This document shows positions 1 to 8,368 of a stretch of 21,281 nt of DNA, in pieces. A model generated the notes under the pieces. That model did no database searches, had not been told where the DNA came from, and saw nothing but the letters and a program-made list of their open reading frames with translations. This DNA is from Myxococcota bacterium (GTDB taxonomy: Bacteria > Myxococcota > XYA12-FULL-58-9 > JABJBS01). The stretch is from the NCBI GenBank assembly GCA_036339465.1, contig JAYZAY010000013.1, positions 1 to 21,281 of the forward strand. The letters run 5' to 3'. The number at the start of each line of letters is the position of its first letter. Position 1 is the first letter of the stretch. The translations under genes were made by a program, and so were the position numbers.

Positions 1-556
1 GTGATTCCACTTTTGGGAAGACAACCACATCGGGAATTCGACCAATTTTACCGTATTTGATTGCGAACATTTCAGATTGGGTATGCCCATGTCCATGGCG
101 CAACCTCAAAAGAGGATCGGTGGTCAATGATCCACCAGGAAAGACGCTTTTCAGAATAGCCACAACGCCCTTTCCTGCACGAGAATCTGGAACAAGGGTA
201 GGATAGCTAGATTCATGTATTTCCTTGCGTTCGATAGAAAGCTGAAGAACATCCTCCATCCAAGGAATAAGATTTGGCAATTCCTGTCCACAGAGGTCGT
301 AGCGGTCTCCTCCTAACACCACGTTACCGGCGGAATTTAGCGTAAAGGCTGTATCTTTAAACCCCCAAGCATCGAGGCTTTCGCTATCAGGTTCAGTCGC
401 CAAGGGCGACTCTGGGACAAAACGCCCACGTTCCACCAAGCCATTCTTCTGCGCCTTGCCCGCTAGGCCCTTCGCGCTGCGAACAACTGTACCCACCCCA
501 TCAATGCAGGCGGCCGTGAGGTCAAGCCCCCGTGCCAACCAGTGTTCCAACGCCAT
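1..556 (-). CDS. Alkyl-dihydroxyacetonephosphate synthase (AGPS/ADPS)-like FAD-binding oxidoreductase, N-terminal 185 aa, runs off the window edge
   Basis: Manual translation: ATG at 556 with GGAGGA 6 nt upstream, open frame to position 1: MALEHWLARG...ESLDAWGFKDTAFTLNSAGNVVLGGDRYDLCGQELPNLIPWMEDVL...DPLLRLRHGHGHTQSEMFAIKYGKIGRIPDVVVFPKVES. Matches the recalled AGPS N-terminal pattern (WG-Y/F-x-D-x-x-F...G-x-RY-x-L-x-G-x-x-LP...HGH...RIPD-I/V-V-x-W/F-P). Not in the supplied ORF track. Confidence 0.82.
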   Translation of the reverse strand, partial: MALEHWLARGLDLTAACIDGVGTVVRSAKGLAGKAQKNGLVERGRFVPESPLATEPDSESLDAWGFKDTAFTLNSAGNVVLGGDRYDLCGQELPNLIPWMEDVLQLSIERKEIHESSYPTLVPDSRAGKGVVAILKSVFPGGSLTTDPLLRLRHGHGHTQSEMFAIKYGKIGRIPDVVVFPKVES

Positions 557-590
557 CAAAAGTCCTCCCGAAACTAAGTTATGCCGGGAG

Positions 591-618
591 ATAATATATA
601 CCCGCACCGAGAGTTCAA
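591..618 (-). promoter_or_regulatory. Putative sigma70-type promoter for the AGPS-like gene
   Basis: Minus strand TTGAAC (618-613), 16 nt spacer, TATTAT (596-591), about 35 nt upstream of the ATG at 556. Confidence 0.35.
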
Positions 619-809
619 GCACCAACCGACGCCCCATGGGTCGAAGGAAAAGATTCCGAAAATTTTGTGGCGTTCACTTTTTCTCGTGGAAATCAAGCGT
701 GAGGCGCTGATTCACACCACGCTCATCAAAGAAGCCGCAGTCAAAACCTTGCTGAATCCAGCATTTCAACGCCCACGCACTCCTGATTCAATCTTATGGC
801 TAGGAATCC

Positions 810-849
810 AATACTAAAATACTAAAATACTAAAATTCTAAAATTCTAA
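810..849. repeat. Tandem repeat, 5 x 8 bp (AATACTAA x3, AATTCTAA x2)
   Basis: Read directly: units at 810, 818, 826, 834, 842. On the minus strand each unit is TTAG(A/T)ATT; the unit at 842-849 holds the TAG stop of the carboxylase. Confidence 0.95.
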
Positions 850-3800
850 CTTCCAAGATCCCTTTCGATTGCCCCCACCAAAACCTTCCTAAGTTTGCTC
901 GGAGCCACTATCTCATCAATAGAACCAACTTCCTTCGCTCTTTCAATGGAATGGATTCGGTCAAATTCAGTCGCAACCTCCAGTTCCGTTTCCTTCAAAA
1001 TATTCGTAAACTGCGCATCCATCTCAGCCGCTGTGAAATGACCCTCCTCAACCAACGCATGAAAACGGGCCCGCGCCCTTGAATGAACCTCACGGGGGAA
1101 AACAACCGCCGCCGCCGCCCCACCCCCAATCACACTTGCAAACGACCCTTGTAAAGCAATCCCATGAAGCTGCGGATTAAGAAAACGCGAAAACACCACG
1201 TATGCACCACCATGGTAGCGCGACACAACGCAAAAGATTAATGGCCCCTGAAAATTAACCACCGCGCGTCCAATCTCAGCACCGTACTCCAATTGTCGTA
1301 ACCGCATAGACTCCGGGCTACCATCAAAACCCGCCAAGTTAGCAAGAACGACAACCGGACACTGCCCACTACAAGCCGATATTGCCCGAGCAACCTTTCT
1401 AGATGATTCTGGGAATAAGGTACCACTAGACAAAACCGAGGGACCATCTAGAGGGGCATCTTTTCGCCTCGCCAAAGGACGCGCATCAACCCCAATACAA
1501 CAGACAGGATACCCTCCCAATTTGGCCATGAGCACCACCGCATTTTCCGCTCCTTGGTGATATTTCCAGCGCTCAATGGATCGCCAATCTCGATCGAGAA
1601 CCGAATTCATGACGGTTCGAATTGAAAAAGCGCGCTTTCGACCAGGGTTGTGCTCCTCGGAAAAAACCTCACCAACTTGCTGAAACTCTTCATCGCCTTC
1701 ATAGTCATCTTCCAACCAAAGACGGTCCAAGGAATCGTCACTTTCCGACTCTTTCGAATATTCATGCCCATCGGCCCACAGGGTAATCTCATAGTGACGA
1801 AAGAGAATGCTATAAGCATCACCGAGATCCTTGGCACGATAATGTGCTTCACCGTTTGGTCCCAGCACTCTGTCAAATCCCCCGATCGCAAAGTTGGATC
1901 CCGCCGACACAGAGCCTGAATATTCAAGAGCCCGTTTACCCGTCAACAATAGCGCCCCCGCTTTGGTCATCACCAAACTACCTTTGCAATGGAGAAGCAT
2001 CGTAGCTTCCGAGATCCAATAAGACTGTGCCCCCACGCAAAGACCATCCACAACGACATTTACGACCCCGCCACTCTGAGTAAAGAGAACAATCTCCCTC
2101 AACACCCGTGCAGTCCAATCAAGATTTTCAGTGCCCGAGTCAAACGAGATCTCGGCACCAGAAGAAACCGCCAACCACTCGATTGGCAGATCTTTTTGGC
2201 GTGCCAATTCAAAAGCAGCGAGAATACGCACACATTCTGGCTGACCCAAAGCCCCCATTTTGCGAGAGGGATCACTCACAATCAAAACGCGCTCTATCCT
2301 CCTGCCACTGCTTTTGAGCGTATGCCGAATCGTTCCAAATACGAGATTTGCCTGATTCTCTCCATAGGGCCTATTCGCAACACACATCAACTTCGTTGTT
2401 TCTGGGGCGACATCGTATTCAACAAATTCTTCCCCTTTGAAGCCAGGCAAGAATTGTTCATCCAGTTGTTGCTCGATAAAAGAGTAAGGATACATGCGCC
2501 GAGTGCGCCGCGCCCGGGCGATCTTTTTTTCATAATCACCCTGGAGACCGATTCGATAGGCGTCTTGCCCTCGGATTCGAAGCCTCGCACCAACACCGCT
2601 TGGATTTAGAGCCTCCAGCATCAAAGGCACTACGGCCGCTTTCGTGCCCCCAATATTTTTAAAATTCGCCTTCACAACAACCCGTTCCAGGCCCAAATCC
2701 CGGGTCCAAGGCAGAAGCCTTTCAACCAACTTATCTATTTCCCTACGGCGTAAATGCACCACGGGACGTATGGTAATAACAATACGATTCCACTGGTAGG
2801 CATCTCGGAACATACTCTCATCGAGCCCCAGCTGCATCAAGCAGGCGCGAAACGATGAAACCATCTGCAAATACTTGATCTCGAGGTTAGGGATCCTAGC
2901 AATACCTCCATCAGGGCCACGCTCGGCATCGAGGGCATCCACCTCCAAAAGCCCAATCAATCTCCGATCGGCCACATCTTCTTTTGCTACGGCTTTTGCA
3001 ATAACCAAATTCTGCGACTGTACCAAAACAGAAAGCTCAAAATCGTTAAAATAGTCTTTTTCCCTATGGAGCAAAGAAGAAGGATGAAAAGCAAGGGACT
3101 CATCTACCTCCAAATCATGGGCCAAAGAGCCCTGGTCAGAACGCGCAAAAGTCAGAGAATCACCTTGCACTCGATGCAAATTCACCCATTTCACGGGCCC
3201 CTCAAATACCATATTCACTTTCTCAGCGATGGCTTTTCCATCCAACTTGCCACCAAAGCATTCAACTCCATGCACCGCTTCTTGCTTGTCGGCCGGTCCA
3301 GGGTTCCACTCTTTCAAAACGCCACCGGTCACCCCCAAAATCCGTGTGCCATCCCCTAGGGTCCAAACCCCAAAAACACCGTCTTCGCTCATACGGAAGC
3401 AATGGTCATCCCCCCAATAGCGGTTCATCAGGGCACAGAGGGTTTGCTTCCGAATTCGATGGTTCAAATCAGGATTGTTAACACTGTGAATAAGATCCTC
3501 GGTGCCAACCGTATCCCATTCAAAATCAGGAAACGCGTTGTGTGCCCCCAATTCCGCCTTCAAGGCTATCCGTCTCTCCGAGGCAATCAGGGCCAATTCG
3601 GGCACGTCAAAGAGTGAGAGAAGAAGACTTTCAGCCCTTGAACTTACATTGGGAAAGTCACCAATTAATCTTTGCCCAAAGACTTCGAGAATCGACCGCC
3701 ACTTCAAACGTGCTTCCCGGGGCAAAAGTGTTGGTGCAACAAGGTCTAATTTGTCGAGAACGATGCCGAGTAATGAGACATATTTCTCTGGCTTAACGAA

Positions 3801-6293
3801 TCCGAGGAAAAGGCGGCTTAAAGAAGCCAAAGCAAGTTTAGGGCTCCCCTCAGCATTGATCCCATGCAAATGGACAAAACCCGCTAGTTTCTCCTTGAAC
3901 CGTTCAGACAAGGAATCGGCAGCAAAGTCACGGGTCAACAAAACATACTGCAACTGCTCAGCGGATGTTTCCCCCGCTTTATTACGGCCGTCATCCAGCG
4001 GGTCGTGTCTAAAAAGTGAGGCTTGGCAATTTGTGGTTTCCAGTAAGTCAAAAATATCCTGAAGCAAAGCACCATCGAGCGTGGCATCGTTAAGCGCCTG
4101 CATCGCTTGGTCGACAGTGGGCTCATCGACATCATAACCCAAGAGCCGTGCTTTCAAAATAGCACCAGGACTCTTCAAAAACAGGCCCAAGCCCTCAATG
4201 AAATTTGATTTTTTAGAGGCCCCTTCCTCATCCAAGACATCACGCATCGAGTCATGCATCGTACACAAGACATCATTTGCCCCCACGTGTTGCCCGCGTT
4301 TCACCATCACATTTGCAATTTCACCACCCTCCACCGCCCGAACCATAGTTTCACTTTTCATAACCTCAACAACGATGACTGGATCGCCCACGTCAACCCA
4401 AGTACCTTCCTTAACCAACACCTTAGTCACCATTGCTGAAATCGGCGCGACCACTCGACCTGCCGTAACCCTCTGAAAGCTGTAAGAGTTTCGCGTCAAC
4501 TCAATATGCGACGCCACAGGATCTGCGACCCGGGTCACCAATTGCTGCCGGCCCCTAGCATCGGTTAAAAGCATGGATTTAGGCCCGACAGACCTGGTCT
4601 TCACATCATATTGAACACCATCAACAACGCACCTAAAAAGCTGGGGTGCCAGGGTACCGATGGTCACGTTATAATTCACCCCATGGCGATTGTAACGAAA
4701 ATCCGACGACCCGGTTTGATTTGTCCGCCCGGGCAAGCCAGTACGGGCTGAGTTAAAAAGAGAATCCATAACCATCAATCGCAATTCGAGATGGTCACCG
4801 ATGGCGGTAGCTGCAAGGGCAAATGCAAGGTCAGAGGCATCATCCACGAATTGATTCGGTAGAAAATCATTTTCCAACCAGGACGTATTAATCGGCGTCC
4901 CCAGATCCTGGAGACCGTTCAAGATTCGAATAAGCAGGGTTTTATTGGTGGGACCTCCCTCGATAGCCATACGACTATCCTCTAAAGCCGTCATCATGCG
5001 GGCCAAGGCTTCCTCTCGATTTTCCCCCTTAGCGATAACCTTCGCCAAGTTTGAATCGTAGTCCGCCGGAATCACGTCACCGGTAGTATAACCAGAGTCC
5101 ACCCGAATACCTGGCCCCTGGGGAGGCTCATAATATAAAACCTTACCCGTAGAAGGGCTGAAATCGGAATCAGGATTCTCTGCGTTCAGCCTCACTTCGA
5201 TAACATGACCAACCGGAGACGGTGGTTTCCATCCCTCCAGATTACGCCCCTGAGCAATATCAATTTGAAGACAAACCAAGTCGATCCCCAGAGATTCCTC
5301 AGTGATTGTATGCTCCACCTGTAGACGGGGGTTCACCTCCAAAAAATAGAAATTCTTTTTATCGGTCTCAACCAAAAACTCAACGGTGCCCAAATTTCGA
5401 TAGGAAACCCCTTTTGCCACCCGCAAGGCCGCCTCCAAAATCCGCAACTCTAATGCTTTCTCAACCTGAAAAGCCGGTGCCTCTTCAACCACCTTCTGAC
5501 GCCGGCGCTGAACGGAGCAATCCCTGGTCCCCAAAGCAAAAACATGGCCGTAGGCATCGGCCGCGATTTGCACTTCGATATGACGTGCATTTTGCACCAG
5601 TTTCTCAATGAGGATCTCGCCCGCCTCAAATGCTCCTTCGATCTCACAGCCAATCGCTTCCGCTGCGGCGGGGATTTCGCCCATGGCCAAAACTTTCCGA
5701 ATACCACGCCCACCACCACCGCGACTCGCCTTAAGCATAATGGGAAAATCCATACCTTCAGGTAGAACTGTCAGACCCCGCACATCCTCCAGAGACATTC
5801 TAACCCCTGGGAGCGTCGGCACATGTTCGCGCAATGCCAATTCCTTGGCCCTATTTTTATCACCCACCGTATCCACGGCATCGGAAGTGGGTCCTATAAA
5901 GATTATCCCTGCCGCCTCACAAGCGCGTACCATACTCGCGCTCTCAGCCAAAAAACCCCAGCCTGGCCAGACCGCCTGGATGGCATATTTCCCCATGGCC
6001 CCAAGAATCCTCTCAATATCGAGATAGCAATTGCGGCCTCCACTATCTCCCCCACTTTCATCCAACTGAATGGCGTGGTCGGCCATTCGCACAAAGAGTG
6101 AGTTTTGTTCAGCTCGGGTATAGAAGATATAGGTCTTAAGTGGGCTCTTTCGAATTCGACTCCAAGTGGCTGCAGCCCGCATGAAACGAATCGCCGCCTC
6201 TCCTCGGTTAAGGATCGCTACAGACGTAAATTGCGGGAAAGATGCTGCATCCATGAAACCAGCTCCTATGTGATATTCTATAGGTAGACTCAT
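846..6293 (-). CDS. Single-chain multidomain acyl-CoA (acetyl/propionyl-CoA) carboxylase: biotin carboxylase + biotin carrier + central region + carboxyltransferase
   Basis: BC motifs NRGEAAIR, WPGWGFLAES, KASRGGGGRGIR, RDCSVQRRRQKVVEEAP, FLEVNPRLQVEH, YDSNLAKVIA. Biotinyl domain VVEVMKSE (Lys646). CT motifs SSGAEI, LANLAGFDGS, RYHGGAYVV, ASVIGGGAAA. The real start may be the ATG at 6254 (MDAASF..., GGAG 8 nt upstream). Confidence 0.93.
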   Translation of the reverse strand: MSLPIEYHIGAGFMDAASFPQFTSVAILNRGEAAIRFMRAAATWSRIRKSPLKTYIFYTRAEQNSLFVRMADHAIQLDESGGDSGGRNCYLDIERILGAMGKYAIQAVWPGWGFLAESASMVRACEAAGIIFIGPTSDAVDTVGDKNRAKELALREHVPTLPGVRMSLEDVRGLTVLPEGMDFPIMLKASRGGGGRGIRKVLAMGEIPAAAEAIGCEIEGAFEAGEILIEKLVQNARHIEVQIAADAYGHVFALGTRDCSVQRRRQKVVEEAPAFQVEKALELRILEAALRVAKGVSYRNLGTVEFLVETDKKNFYFLEVNPRLQVEHTITEESLGIDLVCLQIDIAQGRNLEGWKPPSPVGHVIEVRLNAENPDSDFSPSTGKVLYYEPPQGPGIRVDSGYTTGDVIPADYDSNLAKVIAKGENREEALARMMTALEDSRMAIEGGPTNKTLLIRILNGLQDLGTPINTSWLENDFLPNQFVDDASDLAFALAATAIGDHLELRLMVMDSLFNSARTGLPGRTNQTGSSDFRYNRHGVNYNVTIGTLAPQLFRCVVDGVQYDVKTRSVGPKSMLLTDARGRQQLVTRVADPVASHIELTRNSYSFQRVTAGRVVAPISAMVTKVLVKEGTWVDVGDPVIVVEVMKSETMVRAVEGGEIANVMVKRGQHVGANDVLCTMHDSMRDVLDEEGASKKSNFIEGLGLFLKSPGAILKARLLGYDVDEPTVDQAMQALNDATLDGALLQDIFDLLETTNCQASLFRHDPLDDGRNKAGETSAEQLQYVLLTRDFAADSLSERFKEKLAGFVHLHGINAEGSPKLALASLSRLFLGFVKPEKYVSLLGIVLDKLDLVAPTLLPREARLKWRSILEVFGQRLIGDFPNVSSRAESLLLSLFDVPELALIASERRIALKAELGAHNAFPDFEWDTVGTEDLIHSVNNPDLNHRIRKQTLCALMNRYWGDDHCFRMSEDGVFGVWTLGDGTRILGVTGGVLKEWNPGPADKQEAVHGVECFGGKLDGKAIAEKVNMVFEGPVKWVNLHRVQGDSLTFARSDQGSLAHDLEVDESLAFHPSSLLHREKDYFNDFELSVLVQSQNLVIAKAVAKEDVADRRLIGLLEVDALDAERGPDGGIARIPNLEIKYLQMVSSFRACLMQLGLDESMFRDAYQWNRIVITIRPVVHLRRREIDKLVERLLPWTRDLGLERVVVKANFKNIGGTKAAVVPLMLEALNPSGVGARLRIRGQDAYRIGLQGDYEKKIARARRTRRMYPYSFIEQQLDEQFLPGFKGEEFVEYDVAPETTKLMCVANRPYGENQANLVFGTIRHTLKSSGRRIERVLIVSDPSRKMGALGQPECVRILAAFELARQKDLPIEWLAVSSGAEISFDSGTENLDWTARVLREIVLFTQSGGVVNVVVDGLCVGAQSYWISEATMLLHCKGSLVMTKAGALLLTGKRALEYSGSVSAGSNFAIGGFDRVLGPNGEAHYRAKDLGDAYSILFRHYEITLWADGHEYSKESESDDSLDRLWLEDDYEGDEEFQQVGEVFSEEHNPGRKRAFSIRTVMNSVLDRDWRSIERWKYHQGAENAVVLMAKLGGYPVCCIGVDARPLARRKDAPLDGPSVLSSGTLFPESSRKVARAISACSGQCPVVVLANLAGFDGSPESMRLRQLEYGAEIGRAVVNFQGPLIFCVVSRYHGGAYVVFSRFLNPQLHGIALQGSFASVIGGGAAAAVVFPREVHSRARARFHALVEEGHFTAAEMDAQFTNILKETELEVATEFDRIHSIERAKEVGSIDEIVAPSKLRKVLVGAIERDLGS

Positions 6294-6553
6294 ACATACA
6301 CCGGCTCCTCAGGAGGACCAAGATCCGCCGCACATGAATGGCGGTCCCTTCGGGAACAATTTTCTTTTGGAGAAATCGAAAAAATACGTTAGGTGCAATG
6401 GTGCATGCCAGGCGTTCTACTTCATACGATTGGCTCGGGCACCGAAAGAAAGCATCCGAGTTCATCCACACCAATGCATCCCCCCAAAGGGGCGCCAAAA
6501 TGGGTTTCCCAGTGGCCCCAAGCCTCCTTCTACTATAAGATTAAGAGTGCAAG

Positions 6554-7267
6554 ATGAGTGTTTTACCACCAGACCCAAATGACCCATTAGGGCCAAACAC
6601 GAACCGAGGCTCCGGCGTAAAAATGGGGAAGCGCACACTCTTTGTGACCAAAGACCAGATTCCTCTTTTGGACCTTCACCGGGTGATTGAAGCCACCTAC
6701 ATGGTTGCCAACGGCATCGATACTTATCCCCACTTAGTCTACCTAAGCCGGGCCCGCGATGGTGATCTCTCAACCGTCTACGAAGCATCGAGAGACATCG
6801 ACGTGAACGAACGCTGGCGTCGATTGTGGGTCTTGTGCCCAGTCCTCGCCCGACTGGCACGAAATAAGTGCGCCCAAACCAATTTATGCGAGTTATTGGC
6901 CGAAGATCTCGCAGCCCTGCATATGTTCTCCAAATTCGATGCAAATCTAAACCCTGGGGTTGACCGCCTATTCAAAAGGCTTAACGAGACACTGCTACCA
7001 AAGGTGTTGGATGTTTTGGTCAATTTGCGACACGACTCAACGAGGTCTCACCTCATCGCAGGGATCATCGTTGCCATACAACCAGAAGCTCGGATGGTTA
7101 AGTCGGTGCTCGAAGAGTTTCAACCAGAATCAATAGTTAGGGAATTGTTAGATATTCTACCCTTCTCCTCTGAGGCCTATAGCAAACAGAAAAAAGGGCA
7201 CGGAAATCTATCAACCCGCAGCATAGGGGAAAGACTTCAGTCTTTAGCACAAAAGAAAAATATCTAG
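6554..7267 (+). CDS. Hypothetical protein, 237 aa, Pro/Gly/Asn-rich N-terminus followed by a probably helical domain
   Basis: Long ATG ORF filling the space divergent from the carboxylase; protein-like composition; followed closely by two co-oriented ORFs. No recognisable motif. Confidence 0.72.
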   Translation: MSVLPPDPNDPLGPNTNRGSGVKMGKRTLFVTKDQIPLLDLHRVIEATYMVANGIDTYPHLVYLSRARDGDLSTVYEASRDIDVNERWRRLWVLCPVLARLARNKCAQTNLCELLAEDLAALHMFSKFDANLNPGVDRLFKRLNETLLPKVLDVLVNLRHDSTRSHLIAGIIVAIQPEARMVKSVLEEFQPESIVRELLDILPFSSEAYSKQKKGHGNLSTRSIGERLQSLAQKKNI

Positions 7268-7304
7268 GGTTCCGTAACTCTGTGAAAAACGTTTGGAGGA
7301 AATA

Positions 7305-8348
7305 ATGTCAAGCACTGGTGGAGTAGGAGGTGGCCAAAAACCAGGTTTTTCCCAAACCGGCCCCAGCGAGGTCGCCGATGATATGGCCGGACTCGCTGCC
7401 AAGCAAAAAGGGGATCGGGAAGCCAAGCAAGGTGAAGCGAAGGATGCAGGCAAAACCAAGATTAAGGGCCAAATAGAGCGCGTCGAAAAATTTCTCGATG
7501 CCCAGAAGGACAAGAGCACCAAAGATGCCACCAAAGGTAAGGAGGAGTCGCTCCAAAAAGCGACTGAAACAGACACCAGCCCCAAGAGTCCAGGTAAAAA
7601 CCTCCAAATGGCAGCGAGCGAAACCAAGCAATTGGCCCAGGAATTGAAGAAATTCGCTGGTTCCTTCGGTGATTTCGCCGATGACCAACTCGTGGCACTT
7701 AAAAAAGCAAACCAGAGACTTCAGGAAGATATAAAAAAAGCAAGCGCAGACCAAGCCTCTAAGAAACGGTCCGAAGAAGCGGGAAAGAAAGTAACCCAGG
7801 CGAAAAAAACATCTGAAGAGGAAGATAAAGAAACGCTCCTCGTGAAATCCGCCCCTCTAACCTCCGGCTTATCTCCGAACTTAGATGGAACCGAAGAACT
7901 CGCCGACATCCTGGAAAAACTCCAAAGTGGTGGGTCGGTGGATGAAGCCAAGCTGGTTGATTTTTTGCAATGTCTCGCCGCCGAGCTCATGCAAGAAGGC
8001 AAGGCGCTTGAGGTCGAATTGGCGGAAACACTAAGCGAAGTAGAACAGGCGTTGCGACGGCTCCACGGGAAAATCCGCGCTCACCTTAGTTACGTTCTTG
8101 ACGAACAGCCCCGCCTGCCCAAGGAAGGCCGCTACCGTCTTTTTGCCACATTTTTTAGCCACGCGGATGAGTGGCCTCCAACCATTCCTCCCGGTAAAGC
8201 CTGCACTGGTTCACAGGCATGGTCTGAAAATCAGTGGGATGCTTTTTTCGGGTGGTTGAAACCCGCACCCTGCCCCATACCAAGTACTATCCACAACGAT
8301 ACCCAACTCTTGGTGACCCTAAGCCCAAAGGCGAATTCGAGTTCCTAA
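7305..8348 (+). CDS. Hypothetical protein, about 347 aa, low-complexity Lys/Glu/Asp/Gln-rich coiled-coil-like N-half and a small Trp/Pro-rich C-terminal region
   Basis: The ORF track starts at TTG 7293, but GGAGGA at 7295-7300 precedes ATG 7305 (MSSTGGVGGGQKPG...), which I prefer. No family recognised. Confidence 0.8.
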   Translation: MSSTGGVGGGQKPGFSQTGPSEVADDMAGLAAKQKGDREAKQGEAKDAGKTKIKGQIERVEKFLDAQKDKSTKDATKGKEESLQKATETDTSPKSPGKNLQMAASETKQLAQELKKFAGSFGDFADDQLVALKKANQRLQEDIKKASADQASKKRSEEAGKKVTQAKKTSEEEDKETLLVKSAPLTSGLSPNLDGTEELADILEKLQSGGSVDEAKLVDFLQCLAAELMQEGKALEVELAETLSEVEQALRRLHGKIRAHLSYVLDEQPRLPKEGRYRLFATFFSHADEWPPTIPPGKACTGSQAWSENQWDAFFGWLKPAPCPIPSTIHNDTQLLVTLSPKANSSS

Positions 8349-8368
8349 AGCTCACGGTTTTTTAGTCG

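Noticed and set aside
456..817. Plus-strand ORFs 456..710 and 581..817
   Set aside because: The first overlaps the AGPS-like gene antisense; the second spans its promoter region; neither has a clear RBS or recognisable features.
1989..4476. Long plus-strand ORFs (206, 186, 97, 92 aa) antisense to the carboxylase
   Set aside because: Fully overlap a well-supported gene and show no motifs; typical antisense shadow ORFs.
6394..6410. Sigma54-like TGGCATGCACCATTGCA on the minus strand upstream of the carboxylase
   Set aside because: GG-to-GC spacing is 11 nt rather than the strictly required 10; it may still be some other binding site, but it is not supportable as a sigma54 promoter.
6208..6944. 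Minus-strand ORFs 6208..6498 and 6462..6944 and short plus ORFs at 6334/6338
   Set aside because: Arg/Trp-rich non-protein-like composition and overlap with better-supported genes or the divergent promoter gap.
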